64,000 bases of DNA from Dehalococcoidia bacterium (GCA_965219085.1 OZ244720.1:864001-928000), one strand, 5' to 3'; positions 1 through 14,302 are shown, numbered from the stretch's first letter. Notes: generated from the letters alone by a model not told the origin. A program made the numbers and translations.

Positions 1-9
1 TCTGCAACG

Positions 10-1917
10 GTGGAGCGCACGGTGTCCGAGAGCGCCGGGGAGGGCGACAACGTCGGGGCGCCAGTGACCGCCACGGATGTCGACGAGAACGACACGCTCA
101 CGTACAGCCTCTTCGGTATCGATGAGCGCTTCTTCGACATCGTGCCGGACAGCGGCCAGATCACGGTTGGCGGGGGTGTCACCTTCGAGATCGCGACGAA
201 GGACACGTACACCGTCATGGTCGACGCCGAGGACGGCAACGGCGGCAGCGACACCGTCGAGGTGACCATCACCGTCACGGCCGGCCCCACCGGCGGCCCC
301 GGCCCCACGGGCGGCGGCGGCGGGCCCTCCGGTCCCTCGCCCAGCGAGCTCGACTTCGAGTGGACGGTGAAGCGCGACATCGAAGCGCTCGACGCCGGCA
401 ATGCGGAGGCCACCGGCGCCTGGTCCGATGGCGAGACGCTTTGGGTGGCCGATAACGCCGACGGCGCCGCCGACGCCATCTACGCCTACGACCTCGAGAC
501 GGGCGAACGTCGCGAGGAGCTCGAGTTCGAGCTCGCCGAGCGCAACCGCGCCCCGCGCGGCATCTGGTTCGACGGCGAGGTGATGTGGGTCTCCGACAGC
601 GGCCAGGAACGCCTCTTCGCCTACGACCTCGCGTCCGGCGAGCGCGTCGAGGAGCGCGAGATCGTGCTGGACGCAGACAACGGCGACGCCCGCGGCATCT
701 GGTCCGATGGCGAGACGATGTGGGTGCTGGACGGTGGCAGGAACGATGCGGTCTACCTCTACGACCTGGAGAGCGGTGAGCTGATCGCCCGGTACGCCCT
801 GCACAGCAGCAACGGCGACCCCCGTGGTGTCTGGTCGGACGGCGTCTCCGTCTGGGTCTCCGACCACGGCGCCAAGCGCCTCCTCGCCTACCGCCTTGAG
901 GGCGAGTCGCTCGAGCGCGTCGGCGACGAGGATTTCGGGAATCTGAGCCGGGCGAGCAACAACAGCCCGCGCGGCATCTGGGCCGACGGCGACGTGATGT
1001 ACGTCGCCGACGCGAGCGACGACAAGGTCTACAGCTACAACATGCCCGACGCCATCGACGGACGCCTCGCCTCGCTCACCCTCAGCGGCGTCGACTTCGG
1101 CGAGTTCCTGCCTGGCCGGGAGGAGTACGAGGGCGTCGTCGCCGAGGGCGTGACCGAGACGACGGTCGAGGCCGAGGCCATGCAGCGCCGTACTAGTGTC
1201 GACATCGACCCGCCCGACGCCGGCGAGGAGGCCGAAGGCCACCAGGTGGCGCTCGAGGGACTCGCGGAGATCACCGTCACCGTCATTTCGGCCGACGGCA
1301 ACCGCGGGAAGACCTACCGCGTGCGCTTCCCCGAGACGGGCTGGGACCCGGCCCGCGATCCCTGGCCGCACTGCCTGCGCGGCGCCGTCTCCGAGGGCTT
1401 CAGCCTCGTCGTCTTCGCCGGGGGCGGCGTCGACGAACTCTCCGCCTGCGCGGAGCGTCGGGAGATCGTGGCCTTCTACGCCCTGCACGAGGGCGTCTAC
1501 GTCTCCTACCTCCTCGTCGCGCCTGACTTCGTGAACGAGCCGTTCCGCGAGCTGTTCGCCGATGGCCTGCCCTCCATCACGCCGCTGCTCGCCGCAAGCA
1601 ACGGACCGCCCTCGGCGGACCCCTTCGGCGGCGACCTTGAAGCCGCCGGGCAGCCGTGGCCGCAGTGCCTGCGCGGCGAGATCGCCCCCGGCTTCAGCCT
1701 CGTCGTCTTCGAGGGCGGCAGGATCGAGCAGTTGGTCTCCTGCGCGGAGAGCCGCCACGTCACGGCCCTCTACATCCAGCACAACGGCGAGTGGGTGTCC
1801 TACATCCTCGGGGCGCCGGAGTTCGCGAACCTCGAGTTCAGGGAGCTGTACGCCGACGGGCTGCCCGCCCTCACGCCGCTGGTCGCCAAGAGTGAGGGGC
1901 CTCCAGAAGCCAACTGA
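10..1917 (+). CDS. C-terminal part of a large surface protein (begins before the window): cadherin domain, Gly/Pro linker, 5 beta-propeller-type repeats, cadherin-like beta-sandwich, duplicated C-terminal Cys-containing domain
   Basis: Cadherin motifs (VTATDVDENDTLTYSL, FEIATKDTYTVMVDAEDG). Five xxGxWxDGxxxWV-type repeats. LASLTLSG..Y..V..TVEA beta-sandwich. The frame is open to the window edge. Confidence 0.8.
   Translation: MERTVSESAGEGDNVGAPVTATDVDENDTLTYSLFGIDERFFDIVPDSGQITVGGGVTFEIATKDTYTVMVDAEDGNGGSDTVEVTITVTAGPTGGPGPTGGGGGPSGPSPSELDFEWTVKRDIEALDAGNAEATGAWSDGETLWVADNADGAADAIYAYDLETGERREELEFELAERNRAPRGIWFDGEVMWVSDSGQERLFAYDLASGERVEEREIVLDADNGDARGIWSDGETMWVLDGGRNDAVYLYDLESGELIARYALHSSNGDPRGVWSDGVSVWVSDHGAKRLLAYRLEGESLERVGDEDFGNLSRASNNSPRGIWADGDVMYVADASDDKVYSYNMPDAIDGRLASLTLSGVDFGEFLPGREEYEGVVAEGVTETTVEAEAMQRRTSVDIDPPDAGEEAEGHQVALEGLAEITVTVISADGNRGKTYRVRFPETGWDPARDPWPHCLRGAVSEGFSLVVFAGGGVDELSACAERREIVAFYALHEGVYVSYLLVAPDFVNEPFRELFADGLPSITPLLAASNGPPSADPFGGDLEAAGQPWPQCLRGEIAPGFSLVVFEGGRIEQLVSCAESRHVTALYIQHNGEWVSYILGAPEFANLEFRELYADGLPALTPLVAKSEGPPEAN
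1360..1905 (+). repeat. Tandem duplication of a ~98-aa domain (294-bp period) at the protein C-terminus
   Basis: PWPHCLRGAVSEGFSLVVF...FRELFADGLPSITPL versus PWPQCLRGEIAPGFSLVVF...FRELYADGLPALTPL. The matching Trp codons are at 1363 and 1657. Confidence 0.9.
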
Positions 1918-2838
1918 CTTCTCTCCCCTGCCCTGCGCCTGTTTGGTTCGAGACCGAGTTGCCGGTCTTTCGGTCGACACCAGGAGCTGCGCCTTGCCCG
2001 GTACGATGCGGTTGACGCGTGACAGCGTCTGCACGGCCTGCACCTGTCGAGGCGCTGTCGACGTACAGCGCCTCAGGAGCGATTGGTCGAAGCCGGTCTG
2101 ATCGCGGTCATCGGCCTCATTCATCTCGCGACCTCAATGCCGACTCCGGGGAAACGAGAGCACCCTGACCCAAAGCCAGCACCCCGCCGACGCCCTCAAC
2201 GCAGTCCTCGACCTGAGGGCAGCCCGCGATACGAGCCGGCAGCCAAGATGTACCCGTGCGGGCGCGGCGGTGTAGCTGTCCCGGGTGCTCGGTGATCTCC
2301 CTGTCCGCAGGAACTTGCTCGCTCTTTGGCAAAGGCATCCTTTGCCTTAGATCCTCATTCATTATTCGATTGACAAAGGTGTGTACGTGAGATCATCTGA
2401 AATATACATGAGAATGCGAGAACCCTCATCACGTGATGGCGGCGCGCATAGCGCTACGGAATAGGGCGCAACGGTAGGCACGGCTGTCCTGGTTCAGTGA
2501 AGCGCGCATTCGTATCACGTCACAAATGGCCCTGGGCAGCGTTCTGCAAGCCGTCGCAGATGAGGCCCGGTGGCGCAAGTAGAGTGGCGTCTTCCTGTCG
2601 ACGGTCAGGTCGGCGCTCTGATCCAGCCTAGAGTCCGTGAGTCGCAGGATCGGCACCCTGGGTTTGGCATCCCACTGGTGGCACTCTGTCCGCTCATCGG
2701 CGCTGGCGAAGGCGCAGAGATCGTCGAGTCGACCCTCACACCCCCGCGGATCCGCCGCCTTGTCGGAGGACTTTCGCATTGAGGTGCCAGGTGAACGTGC
2801 TCCCTCCCCGCAGCCGCCGCATGCTAGGATCGCCGCCC

Positions 2839-3777
2839 GTGGCCACAGTAGCCGTCATCGGTGCCGGGGCGGTCGGCTCCTACTACGGCGCGCGCCTCGC
2901 GCAGGCCGGGCACGACGTGCGCTTCCTCCTCCGCCGCGACTACGACGCCGTCGCCGAGCGCGGCCTCCGCATCGAGTCGCACCACGGCGACTTCGCACTC
3001 GAACGCCCTGCCATCGCCCGCGACCCCGCCGCTATCGGCACTGTCGACTGGGTGCTCTGCGGCCTCAAGACCACAGCCCTCGACGACGCAGCCGCCCTCA
3101 TCCGCCCCTGCCTCACGCCCGAGACGCGCGTGCTCGCCATCATGAATGGCCTCGGCATCGAGGAGCGGCTCGCCTCCTCACTCGGTACCGAAAACGTCTT
3201 CGGCGGGCTCGCCTTCACCTGTATCAACCGAGGCGAACCGGGCGTCATTCACCACATCGAGTACGGCCAGATCGGCATCGCACACCTCCGCGACGACCCC
3301 GCGGAGCTCGACCGCGCCCTCGCGCTCTGGCAGCACGCGACCGTCGAGGTCACCCGTCAGCCTTCGCTGCTGCGTGCGCGCTGGGAGAAGCTCTGCTGGA
3401 ACGTGCCCTTCAACGGCCTCACCGTAGCCGCCGGCGGCGTGACCACCGAGGTGATCGTCACCGACCCCGCCCTGCGCGCCGAGGCGCGCGCACTCATGGA
3501 GGAGGTCGTCGCTGCCGGCAACGCCGAACTTGCCGCCGCCGGCAGCTCCGATCGCATCGACGGCAAGGCCGTCATCGCGCGCATGTTCGAGCTCACCGAC
3601 GCGATGGGCCCCTACCGCCCCAGCACCCTCATCGATTATCTCGAGGGGCGCGCGATCGAGGTGCACGCCATCTTCGCCGAGCCCGCAAGGCACGCGCGCG
3701 CCCTCGGCGTCCCAACCCCACGCATGGACATGCTCACCGCGCTCCTCGGCCGGCTCGACCCGAGGAGCGAGGGCTGA
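2839..3777 (+). CDS. panE: 2-dehydropantoate 2-reductase (ApbA/PanE family)
   Basis: VAVIGAGAVG Rossmann motif, MNGLG, WEKLCWNVPFN, PSTLIDY..GRAIE. Start is GTG 2839 or ATG 2821. Confidence 0.85.
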   Translation: MATVAVIGAGAVGSYYGARLAQAGHDVRFLLRRDYDAVAERGLRIESHHGDFALERPAIARDPAAIGTVDWVLCGLKTTALDDAAALIRPCLTPETRVLAIMNGLGIEERLASSLGTENVFGGLAFTCINRGEPGVIHHIEYGQIGIAHLRDDPAELDRALALWQHATVEVTRQPSLLRARWEKLCWNVPFNGLTVAAGGVTTEVIVTDPALRAEARALMEEVVAAGNAELAAAGSSDRIDGKAVIARMFELTDAMGPYRPSTLIDYLEGRAIEVHAIFAEPARHARALGVPTPRMDMLTALLGRLDPRSEG

Positions 3778-4192
3778 CGGGCTGCCGTCAGGCCGCTCGG
3801 ATCCGAAAGCGGTTCCGCGTGCTCCAGGGCTCGCACGTCAGCCGACGATCGCTCCACGGAGGGACCGTTAGCGAGGGCACACTTGGTGGGACACGCTAGC
3901 TTCGCGGTGCTCGGCTCCCTAGCCCCATGCGACGAACATCGGTATCACTGTTCAGAATCGACCAAATCGAGCGCGTGCCGCTGGTTGTGAGGGCGGAGTT
4001 GCCGCGAGGCAAGGGGCGCGCTCGAGCCTGAGCGAGACGGCGTTCGGCGGTGGTAGCAATGAGCCGACGCCTGGGAGAGGCGCCTAGATGGCTGACGCGA
4101 GGCGTTCGCATACGTCTTGAAGAGCCGACTCTTTCGCGCGAGGACATCCCATCTCGACGGCGTATGGCCCGACTGCAGCTTACGTCGCCGCG

Positions 4193-7100
4193 TTGAAGGG
4201 GATCGTGATCGCTCGCTTGTTCTGGCGTATGATCGTGCTGCGCCCGACGCTCCGGCATCTCCCCGCCTCAGGAGTTCTGCTCGTGGCCGCAAGCGGCCCC
4301 CATTCAACCCACTGCCCTACCCGTATCGTGGACGACGCGCCTGCTGGCGAGGACGTCTTCGGCTCACACGCGCCGATTGCGGATGCCGTCCACGAGGTGA
4401 TCACCACAGAGCCGGGTGGCCGCACGATTGGGCTTGAGGGCAGCTGGGGTTCAGGCAAGTCGACGGTTGTCAGGCTCCTTGCCGAGCGCCTAGACGGGCC
4501 CGAGTCCCAGGTTGTCCTGTTCGACGCATGGGCACATGAGGGCGACCCGTTGCGCCGAGCGTTCCTCGACAAGCTAATCACTAGCCTCGCGCCGACGGGC
4601 TGGGTCGACGAGAAGGCATGGAGTGACCGGCGCGAGGAGCTGGCCCGTCGTCGGCGCGTCGAGCACACACGCCCCGTGCCGAAGCTCGAGGCGCCGGCAA
4701 TTGTGGCAGCCGCACTGGCAGCACTCTTCGCGATTCTCTGTCTGCAGGAGCCGTGCTCCTCGAATTGGGGTACGTAGATGGTGCTAGCTGGCCAAGCTGG
4801 CCGGGCTGGACGATCTACGGAATCCTCGCCGCCGGCGTCGTATTCGGCGCGGCGGGCTTAGTGCTGCGCAGGGCCTTAGGAAATGAGAGCGATACATGGC
4901 TCTCACTGCTCTCCGTCGAGTCTGTGACCGAGTCGACAAGTGAGACGATCGAGACTCCCGACCCGACGTCAATCGAGTTCGAAGCGACATTCAAGGAGCT
5001 GATGCGCGAGGCGCTCAGTGCGAATCGATCAAGGAGGCTCGTTCTGGTTGTCGACAACCTTGACCGTGTGGCGCCGGAGGACGCGCGCTCGATCTGGTCA
5101 ACGCTACAGACGTTCCTGCATCACTCGCACGATGACCGCCCACTTTGGCTCGACTCGCTATGGGTGCTGCTGCCGTACGATCGCTCCGGCATCGCACGAC
5201 TGTGGGACAGGTCGGACGATGCTGAGGGCAGAGGCGCCGAGGCTCGAGGCGAACTGGCAGGATCTTTCATTGATAAGAGTATTCAGGTGGGGTTCGAGGT
5301 CCCTCTGCCCCTGCTTTCGGATTGGCGCGCCTACCTCGAATCGACTCTGCGCTCGGCGCTCCCGGACTGCGGCGAAGCGGACGGCCATACAGCTCACCGC
5401 ATGTACGCACGCAAGGTGGCGAACGCCGAGAAGTCCCCGAGTCCCCGAGAAATAAAGCAGTACGTCAACCGCATCGGTGCGCTCCACCGCCGATGGGAGC
5501 ACGAGATTCCCTTCGTGAGCGTGGCCTACTACGCAAGCCTCGATTCGAGCGGAACGGAGGTGGCCGAGCGCCTCCGGCGAAACGAGCTGCCTCACCCGCT
5601 GTTAGCGGGCCTGCTCCCCGAGGAGGCCGCCGCTCATCTCGCCGCTATTGCGTTCAATACTGATCCGGCCCGCGCCCGCCAGTTGCTGTATGGCCCCCTG
5701 ATCGAGCAAGCGCTCTCGAGCGAGACATCCGAGGATCTCTTAGCTTAGGGCTGGCCGACCGGCCCGGCTTCCGGGAGGCGCTCCCGCAGTCACCGGCCCT
5801 TCTGGTTGGCATGGGCACCCCTGCGCTGCTCACGGCAGCGCGTCGACTGCTGGATGTCCCGGTGGAGCCACCGCCCGGCAGCCGAGTGGCGCGAAGTCAC
5901 CTCGCTGCTCGTACGGCAGGGACTTGCAGTCGAGGACTGGCCGGCACTGACTCTTGAGTTCGCCGACGAACTGTCGGGGTTACTCTCCCTTCTCGACGAG
6001 ACGGTTGCAGCAAGAATCGCCGCCCGCGCGGCTGCTACGGCGATCCCCGACGAAGGTACCGCGCAATGGACTGAGGGCGCGCACGCGCTCCTTGGGCGGT
6101 TCGAGTGGCTGGCCCTGCAACGGCCGGCCCTCCGGAAGCCGTATGCGACGTGCTCGCGCATTCCGCATCCCTCCAAGGATGGGAAGAACGCGTACGTAGG
6201 TTGAAGATCGAGCCCAGCGCCCGAGCTGGGCTCGACGACGTGATCGTCGAGCGGATCGCAGAAGAGCCATTGGACGCCACCAGCGCGCTCTCCGCCCTTC
6301 GTCGGATCGAGCCCGATATCGAGTGGCGCCCCTTCGTTGACGCTGCCGTCAACCGCCTTCGTAACGGTGCTCCGTCGCGAGAGGCAGAGCCGCAGCCGAC
6401 CCCACGCGAATCGCGGTCCCTGCTGAGAATCTTGCGGATTCCGCGCCAAGGCTCACCCGAAGAACGCGCAGCTCTCGTGGAAGAGGGGGTGGCGCTCGAA
6501 TACGTGTGGCTGGCGGATCAGGAGGTTGAGCCTCTTGCATTCGGTGACTGGGTCTACGAGGAACTCCGCCAGTTCGCGCCCGAGTCGTGGGCTAGCCGGA
6601 GCTACCCGGGCTACGCGCCATCGGGCAAGACCTCGTCGACGCCCTGCTCTCCGACCCGTCGAACCAGCCCGTCGACGCGCTCGCTCAGGCGATCGTCCGG
6701 CGTCGCGACTTCGACGTGATCGCATCTGTCGGGGCGCACACTCAAGGCAAGTTGCTGGCGAGCGCGCTCGTCGCGGAACTCCGGGAGTCTGACCGATTCA
6801 AGGTAGCGCTCAACGGCAGCCGCTTTCGCTCGCTTTGGCCGCACATCGCCCGTGCTGCGGCGACGGACGAACTGAATGTCAACGAGCTGGTCCGGGTGCT
6901 GTGTGCGAGTCAATCATTCGTGGAGGAACTCGAATCTGAAGGGTTCGCGGAAGACCAGATGGGGATGTACGAGGCTGTGGTCACAGCTCACCCCGACCAC
7001 GGCAAAGCCGGTCTCCTGGCCGCATGGGTGGCGGAGTCGCTCTCAAACCTCACGCTCGCTCAGTGGCAGGCGGCGGTGGCCGAATCCGACGAGTGGGTGG

Positions 7101-7627
7101 CGCTGCTCGGTGCAGGTCACAACGCCGCCCCGAACGCGCGCATTCGTGGTGCGTACGCGCATGCGCTCGCGAGGTTCCTCGAACAGGTCGCCGAAGGGCG
7201 CGAAGTCACCAGCCACGAGGTCGAGCAGTGGAGTCGCAGCGTGGTTCCACTGCTCGCACCTGCCGTGGCGGGAGCCTACGCCGAGGGCATCGCCCAAGGG
7301 GCGGCGAATGCGGGAGGCGGATTGCCTCAGGGTTTCCTCGACTTGGTTGGAGACACCCTCAAGGAGCCTCGGATCTTCATGCGCCCCAACATCCGCGATG
7401 GGCTCGTCCCTAATCTCGTCATTGAACGAAACGCCGCGGGACTCTCGTGGCTCATCGATGCTCTGCACGACGCCGAGACGGCCCGGAACTCCCCGCCGGA
7501 CGCGTTCGATGCGTTGGCCGAGGTCGTGCGTACGTCGCTCGGCCACGATGAGGACACCGACAAGCAACTGCGGCAGATTGCCGCGCTGATCGGCCTGGAC
7601 CTAGAAGAGCCACAAACCGACCCGTAG
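4193..7627 (+). pseudogene. KAP-family P-loop NTPase with TM helices and long C-terminal region; multiple frameshifts and an in-frame stop
   Basis: Walker A GSWGSGKST, FDAWAHEGDPLRRAFL, Walker B VVDNLDRV, SPREIKQYVN. Split over ORFs 4193-4777, 4753-5748, 5806-6204, 6105-6719 and 6716-7627. TAG at 5746. Confidence 0.8.
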
Positions 7628-7703
7628 CCCGCCCGACCCCGGCCCGCGATGACGTCATTACTCCGACAACCAGACTTGCTGGCGGACTTCGTGACAGGAG
7701 ATG

Positions 7704-10844
<3,141 letters not shown>

Positions 10845-10847
10845 GGA

Positions 10848-11201
10848 TTATTCCCGGAGTCGGATCCGTGAGTGCTCCACGATCCATAGCTGGCCCCTGG
10901 GGGATGACTCTTCCAGTCGCTCAATCAAGATGGGGGTCACCTCCAGGAGAGCATCCCGCGCTGCACTGGGTAGCCGGAACACGATGATGCCGGCATATTC
11001 CGCCGGCGGGTACGTTCGTATGTCTGAGAAATCCAGATCTTGCGTGACGAGCACCCGCTGCTCGGCGATACAGATCGCCGCTATCTCCGTGTCCGGGGCG
11101 CCGCCCAGGCCCTCGTCGACGACCGTGGCCGCGTCATGGCCGGACTCCGTAAACAGGCGCTTGAGCTGAATCGGCAGGTTCTCGTCGAGCTTGACCCGCA
11201 T
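10848..11201 (-). CDS. DUF5615 PIN-like toxin (VapC45-like)
   Basis: MRVKLDENLP...APDTEI...RVLVTQDLDFS. Immediately downstream of a DUF433 gene. Confidence 0.85.
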   Translation of the reverse strand: MRVKLDENLPIQLKRLFTESGHDAATVVDEGLGGAPDTEIAAICIAEQRVLVTQDLDFSDIRTYPPAEYAGIIVFRLPSAARDALLEVTPILIERLEESSPRGQLWIVEHSRIRLRE

Positions 11202-11210
11202 GGGGCGTCC

Positions 11211-11462
<252 letters not shown>

Positions 11463-11490
11463 TCATGTTCCTCTCGCGTCGTTCCGACTG

Positions 11491-11688
11491 TCAAACAGTT
11501 GCCGACACGCCGCCCGGCCGTGCGAGGGCGTCGCGCAGGCGCTGTTCCAGCACGACGACGCCGTAGTCGGCGCGCTCCTCGCCGGGCGCGCCGGACGCGA
11601 TGTCGGGCCCGTGCGCGGTCTGCCAGCCAAGGTCGCCGAGCCACTCAAGCGCGGCGTCCTCGACATCGGCTTCGGTGAGGGTGGTCAT
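11491..11688 (-). pseudogene. Truncated duplicate of the hsdR 5' end (57 homologous codons)
   Basis: [31 protein letters not shown]...RLRDALAR. By hand alignment, 17 mismatches in 171 nt against 10844-10674. Confidence 0.9.
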
Positions 11689-11714
11689 GACCCGCTGTTC
11701 ACGCCTTTGACTAG

Positions 11715-13007
11715 CAGGGTGCTGAAAAAGGCGCGGCCATCTGGCAGGATAGCGAAGGCGGCGGGGGCGTAGCCTGGGAGGCAGCCCCGTGCGAGGCGAC
11801 GCCGAGCGCCAGACCAACATGTTGCTGGCGGTGACGCCGGACTCCTTCATCCCGGACGACCACCCGATCCGACGCATCAAGCCGATCGTCGATGCAGCGC
11901 TGCAGCGGCTCTCGCCGCTCTTCGGCACGATGTACGCAACGAGCGGGCGGCCCTCGATCCCGCCCGAGCACCTGCTCAAGGCGAGCCTGCTGATCGCGCT
12001 CTACTCGATCCGCAGCGAGCGCCAGTTCTGCGAGCGGCTGCGCTACGACCTGCTCTTCAAGTGGTTCTTGGACCTCAACATCTCAGACGCGCCGTTCGAC
12101 GCCTCGAGCTTCTCGAAGAACCGCGAGCGCCTGCTCGCAGCCGATGTCGCGCGCGCCTTCTTCGCCGAGGTGGTGGCCGAGGCAAAGCGCCGCCGGCTGC
12201 TCTCCGCCGAGCACTTCACCGTGGACGGGACGCTGCTGGAGGCCTGGGCCTCGCTCAAGAGCTACCGCCCGCGCGACGGGCAGGAGCCACCCCCGGGCGG
12301 ACGCAACCCGGACGTGGACTTCCGCGGGCGGCGGCGCAGCCGCGATACGCATAGCTCCGGCACCGACCCGCAGGCGCAGCTGTACACAAAGGGAGCGGGG
12401 CAGACGGCGAAACTGAGCTACATGGGCCATCTGCTCACCGAGAACCGTCACGGCCTGGTGCTGGACGTGGAGTTGACCGAGGCGAACGGGTACGCCGAGC
12501 GCGAGGCCGCGGTCACGATGCTGGAGCGCAGCGTGAGCGGCTGCGGGACGCTGGGCGCCGACCGCGGCTACGACACGCGCGACTTCGTGGCGGAACTGCG
12601 CGCGCGCGGCGTGACGCCGCACGTGGCGCAAAACGACCGCGGCCGCCGCAGCGCCGTGGACGGGCGCACCACGCGGCATCGCGGCTACAGGCAGAGTCAG
12701 CAGCGGCGCAAGATCGTGGAGCAGGTCTTCGGCTGGATGAAGACCGTGGGCGGCGGGCGCAAGCTGCGTTTCGTGGGCCGCGAGCGCAACCGCGGCTGGC
12801 TGGAGCTCACCGCCGCCGCCTACAACCTCGTGCGCATGGCCAGGCTCGAACTCGCCCCTGCGTAGGCGCAGTGCGCCCTCCGGCCGGTCCGGGAGCCCTC
12901 AGAGGCCCCCGGGGGCAGGTCAGGAGGCCACCATCACGAAGCCGGAGGCGGCTTCAAGCCGCCTCTCGCCACTCCGAGACCCCGGAAGGCGCTTCTTCAG
13001 CACCCTG
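11715..13007 (+). mobile_element. IS5-family element, copy 1 (1293 bp)
   Basis: Terminal IR CAGGGTGCTGAA. CTAG duplicated at 11711-11714 and 13008-13011. Inserted in the last codons of the PIN gene. Confidence 0.95.
11789..12865 (+). CDS. IS5-family DDE transposase
   Basis: GRPSIPPEHLLKA (InsH N-terminal domain), FTVDGT, LGADRGYD, RKIVEQVFGWMK. Confidence 0.95.
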   Translation: MRGDAERQTNMLLAVTPDSFIPDDHPIRRIKPIVDAALQRLSPLFGTMYATSGRPSIPPEHLLKASLLIALYSIRSERQFCERLRYDLLFKWFLDLNISDAPFDASSFSKNRERLLAADVARAFFAEVVAEAKRRRLLSAEHFTVDGTLLEAWASLKSYRPRDGQEPPPGGRNPDVDFRGRRRSRDTHSSGTDPQAQLYTKGAGQTAKLSYMGHLLTENRHGLVLDVELTEANGYAEREAAVTMLERSVSGCGTLGADRGYDTRDFVAELRARGVTPHVAQNDRGRRSAVDGRTTRHRGYRQSQQRRKIVEQVFGWMKTVGGGRKLRFVGRERNRGWLELTAAAYNLVRMARLELAPA

Positions 13008-14298
13008 CTAGATCCCAAGCGCGATCAGCCACGCTGACGCTCGCGTTACGGACTTCGATACGGACTGGTAGCACGGCCGAGATTGGCTCAGACAGATTCT
13101 CGGCGTGGATGACACACTCAAGCGCCCCTTCGATCTCGGCGTCGGTATAACTGACGAATATCTCGCTCCTGAAATACTCCTCGTCAGCGCCGTGGCGCCA
13201 CTGTGTGCATTCCAGGGCGTAGGAGTCCACCGGATCGTGAGGCAATCCGCCCTTGCAGTAGAAGCCATTCGGATCCCGTCGCTCACCTCCAATCTGCTGC
13301 GATCCCAAGAGTCCGCCCGCGTACAAGGAAGGCATGTCGAGCAGGCTGGGTGGCGACGGAAGGTACGTGCGCTCCCTTGAATCGGCGTAAAAGCTCCATT
13401 CGGAACGATGCGGCCGGATCCTGAAGTCACCCATCGCGGAAATGGCTACGAGCACGTCCTTACCCGGACGCGTGCCTGTGTTCGTCGCCACGATCTCGAA
13501 GGCAACGCCCTCCGACTCCACCTGCATCTCATCGTGAATGCTCCGGAGGATTTGCTCACATTCTGCCAACCAGCTCTGGTAAGCATCTGGTCGCATCAAC
13601 CACCCCACAGGTGGTGCGCGCCTCCTTAGTTCTCGCATGAGGCCAGTCAGTTCGTCGTCCGGAAGCGGGACGGGTACATGGTGAACCGCCCTGAGTTCTC
13701 GGATCTTCTGCCCCTCCTGATCCACGAAAGCCACATCGAAGTCCGGCCCAGCCTGTAGCCTCGCGATCTGCGTCCGGAGTTTCGCGTTCTCCCTCTCTGC
13801 CTGGCTCGGCTCCGGATCGCGTAGCCATGTTTCCGGGATTGAGATGAAGGGCAGACTGAGCGCTTGCGCCGTCATCAGGGCACCCGAGTCATCTGTCAGT
13901 AGCCGCGCGTCGTGCCGCGGGTTCTGTTTGAGATACTCGTACAGATGACCAACTATCGCGTCGTCGGCTTGGGTATAGTCGAGATTGCCCTCTAGCTCGG
14001 GGGCCGGCTTTCCGGGACCGCCCAAAAGAAGCTTGACTTGAGGATTGGCTTCCCGAACCAATACGTGGTTCTGTCCCGAGTCAATGATGCTCCGGAACAG
14101 TTGGTTGGCCTTTCGCGCTCGACGCCCGACGCGGTCGTTACCGCGGTTCTTCTGCTGGTCGATCTCGCGTTGGACCGGGCGGCTCACGATCAAGTGCACT
14201 TCCTGAAATTCTGCCCACGAAGACCAATCGAGCTCATCCAATGCCCGGCACTGGATGAAAAGGTTCGTGTCGGGAAACAGGTGGACGATTTGCTTCAC
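12997..14298 (-). CDS. PIN-domain protein with uncharacterised C-terminal region; last 8 residues replaced by the IS5 insertion
   Basis: HLFPDTNLFI, VQREIDQQK, ADDAIV, LLTDDSG (PIN acidic residues). GTG at 14298 is 4 nt after the hsdS stop. With the IS removed it ends ...WDLVKGVNSGS* at 11685. Confidence 0.8.
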   Translation of the reverse strand: MKQIVHLFPDTNLFIQCRALDELDWSSWAEFQEVHLIVSRPVQREIDQQKNRGNDRVGRRARKANQLFRSIIDSGQNHVLVREANPQVKLLLGGPGKPAPELEGNLDYTQADDAIVGHLYEYLKQNPRHDARLLTDDSGALMTAQALSLPFISIPETWLRDPEPSQAERENAKLRTQIARLQAGPDFDVAFVDQEGQKIRELRAVHHVPVPLPDDELTGLMRELRRRAPPVGWLMRPDAYQSWLAECEQILRSIHDEMQVESEGVAFEIVATNTGTRPGKDVLVAISAMGDFRIRPHRSEWSFYADSRERTYLPSPPSLLDMPSLYAGGLLGSQQIGGERRDPNGFYCKGGLPHDPVDSYALECTQWRHGADEEYFRSEIFVSYTDAEIEGALECVIHAENLSEPISAVLPVRIEVRNASVSVADRAWDLAGC

Positions 14299-14302
14299 CG
14301 TC

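Noticed and set aside
1918-2780. Possible sRNA or small ORFs (hairpins 2049-2074 and 2328-2346, TTGACA at 2370, ORF 2117-2362)
   Set aside because: The hairpins lack U-tracts, there is no matching -10 at proper spacing and no recognisable protein or RNA family. Unresolved rather than supported.
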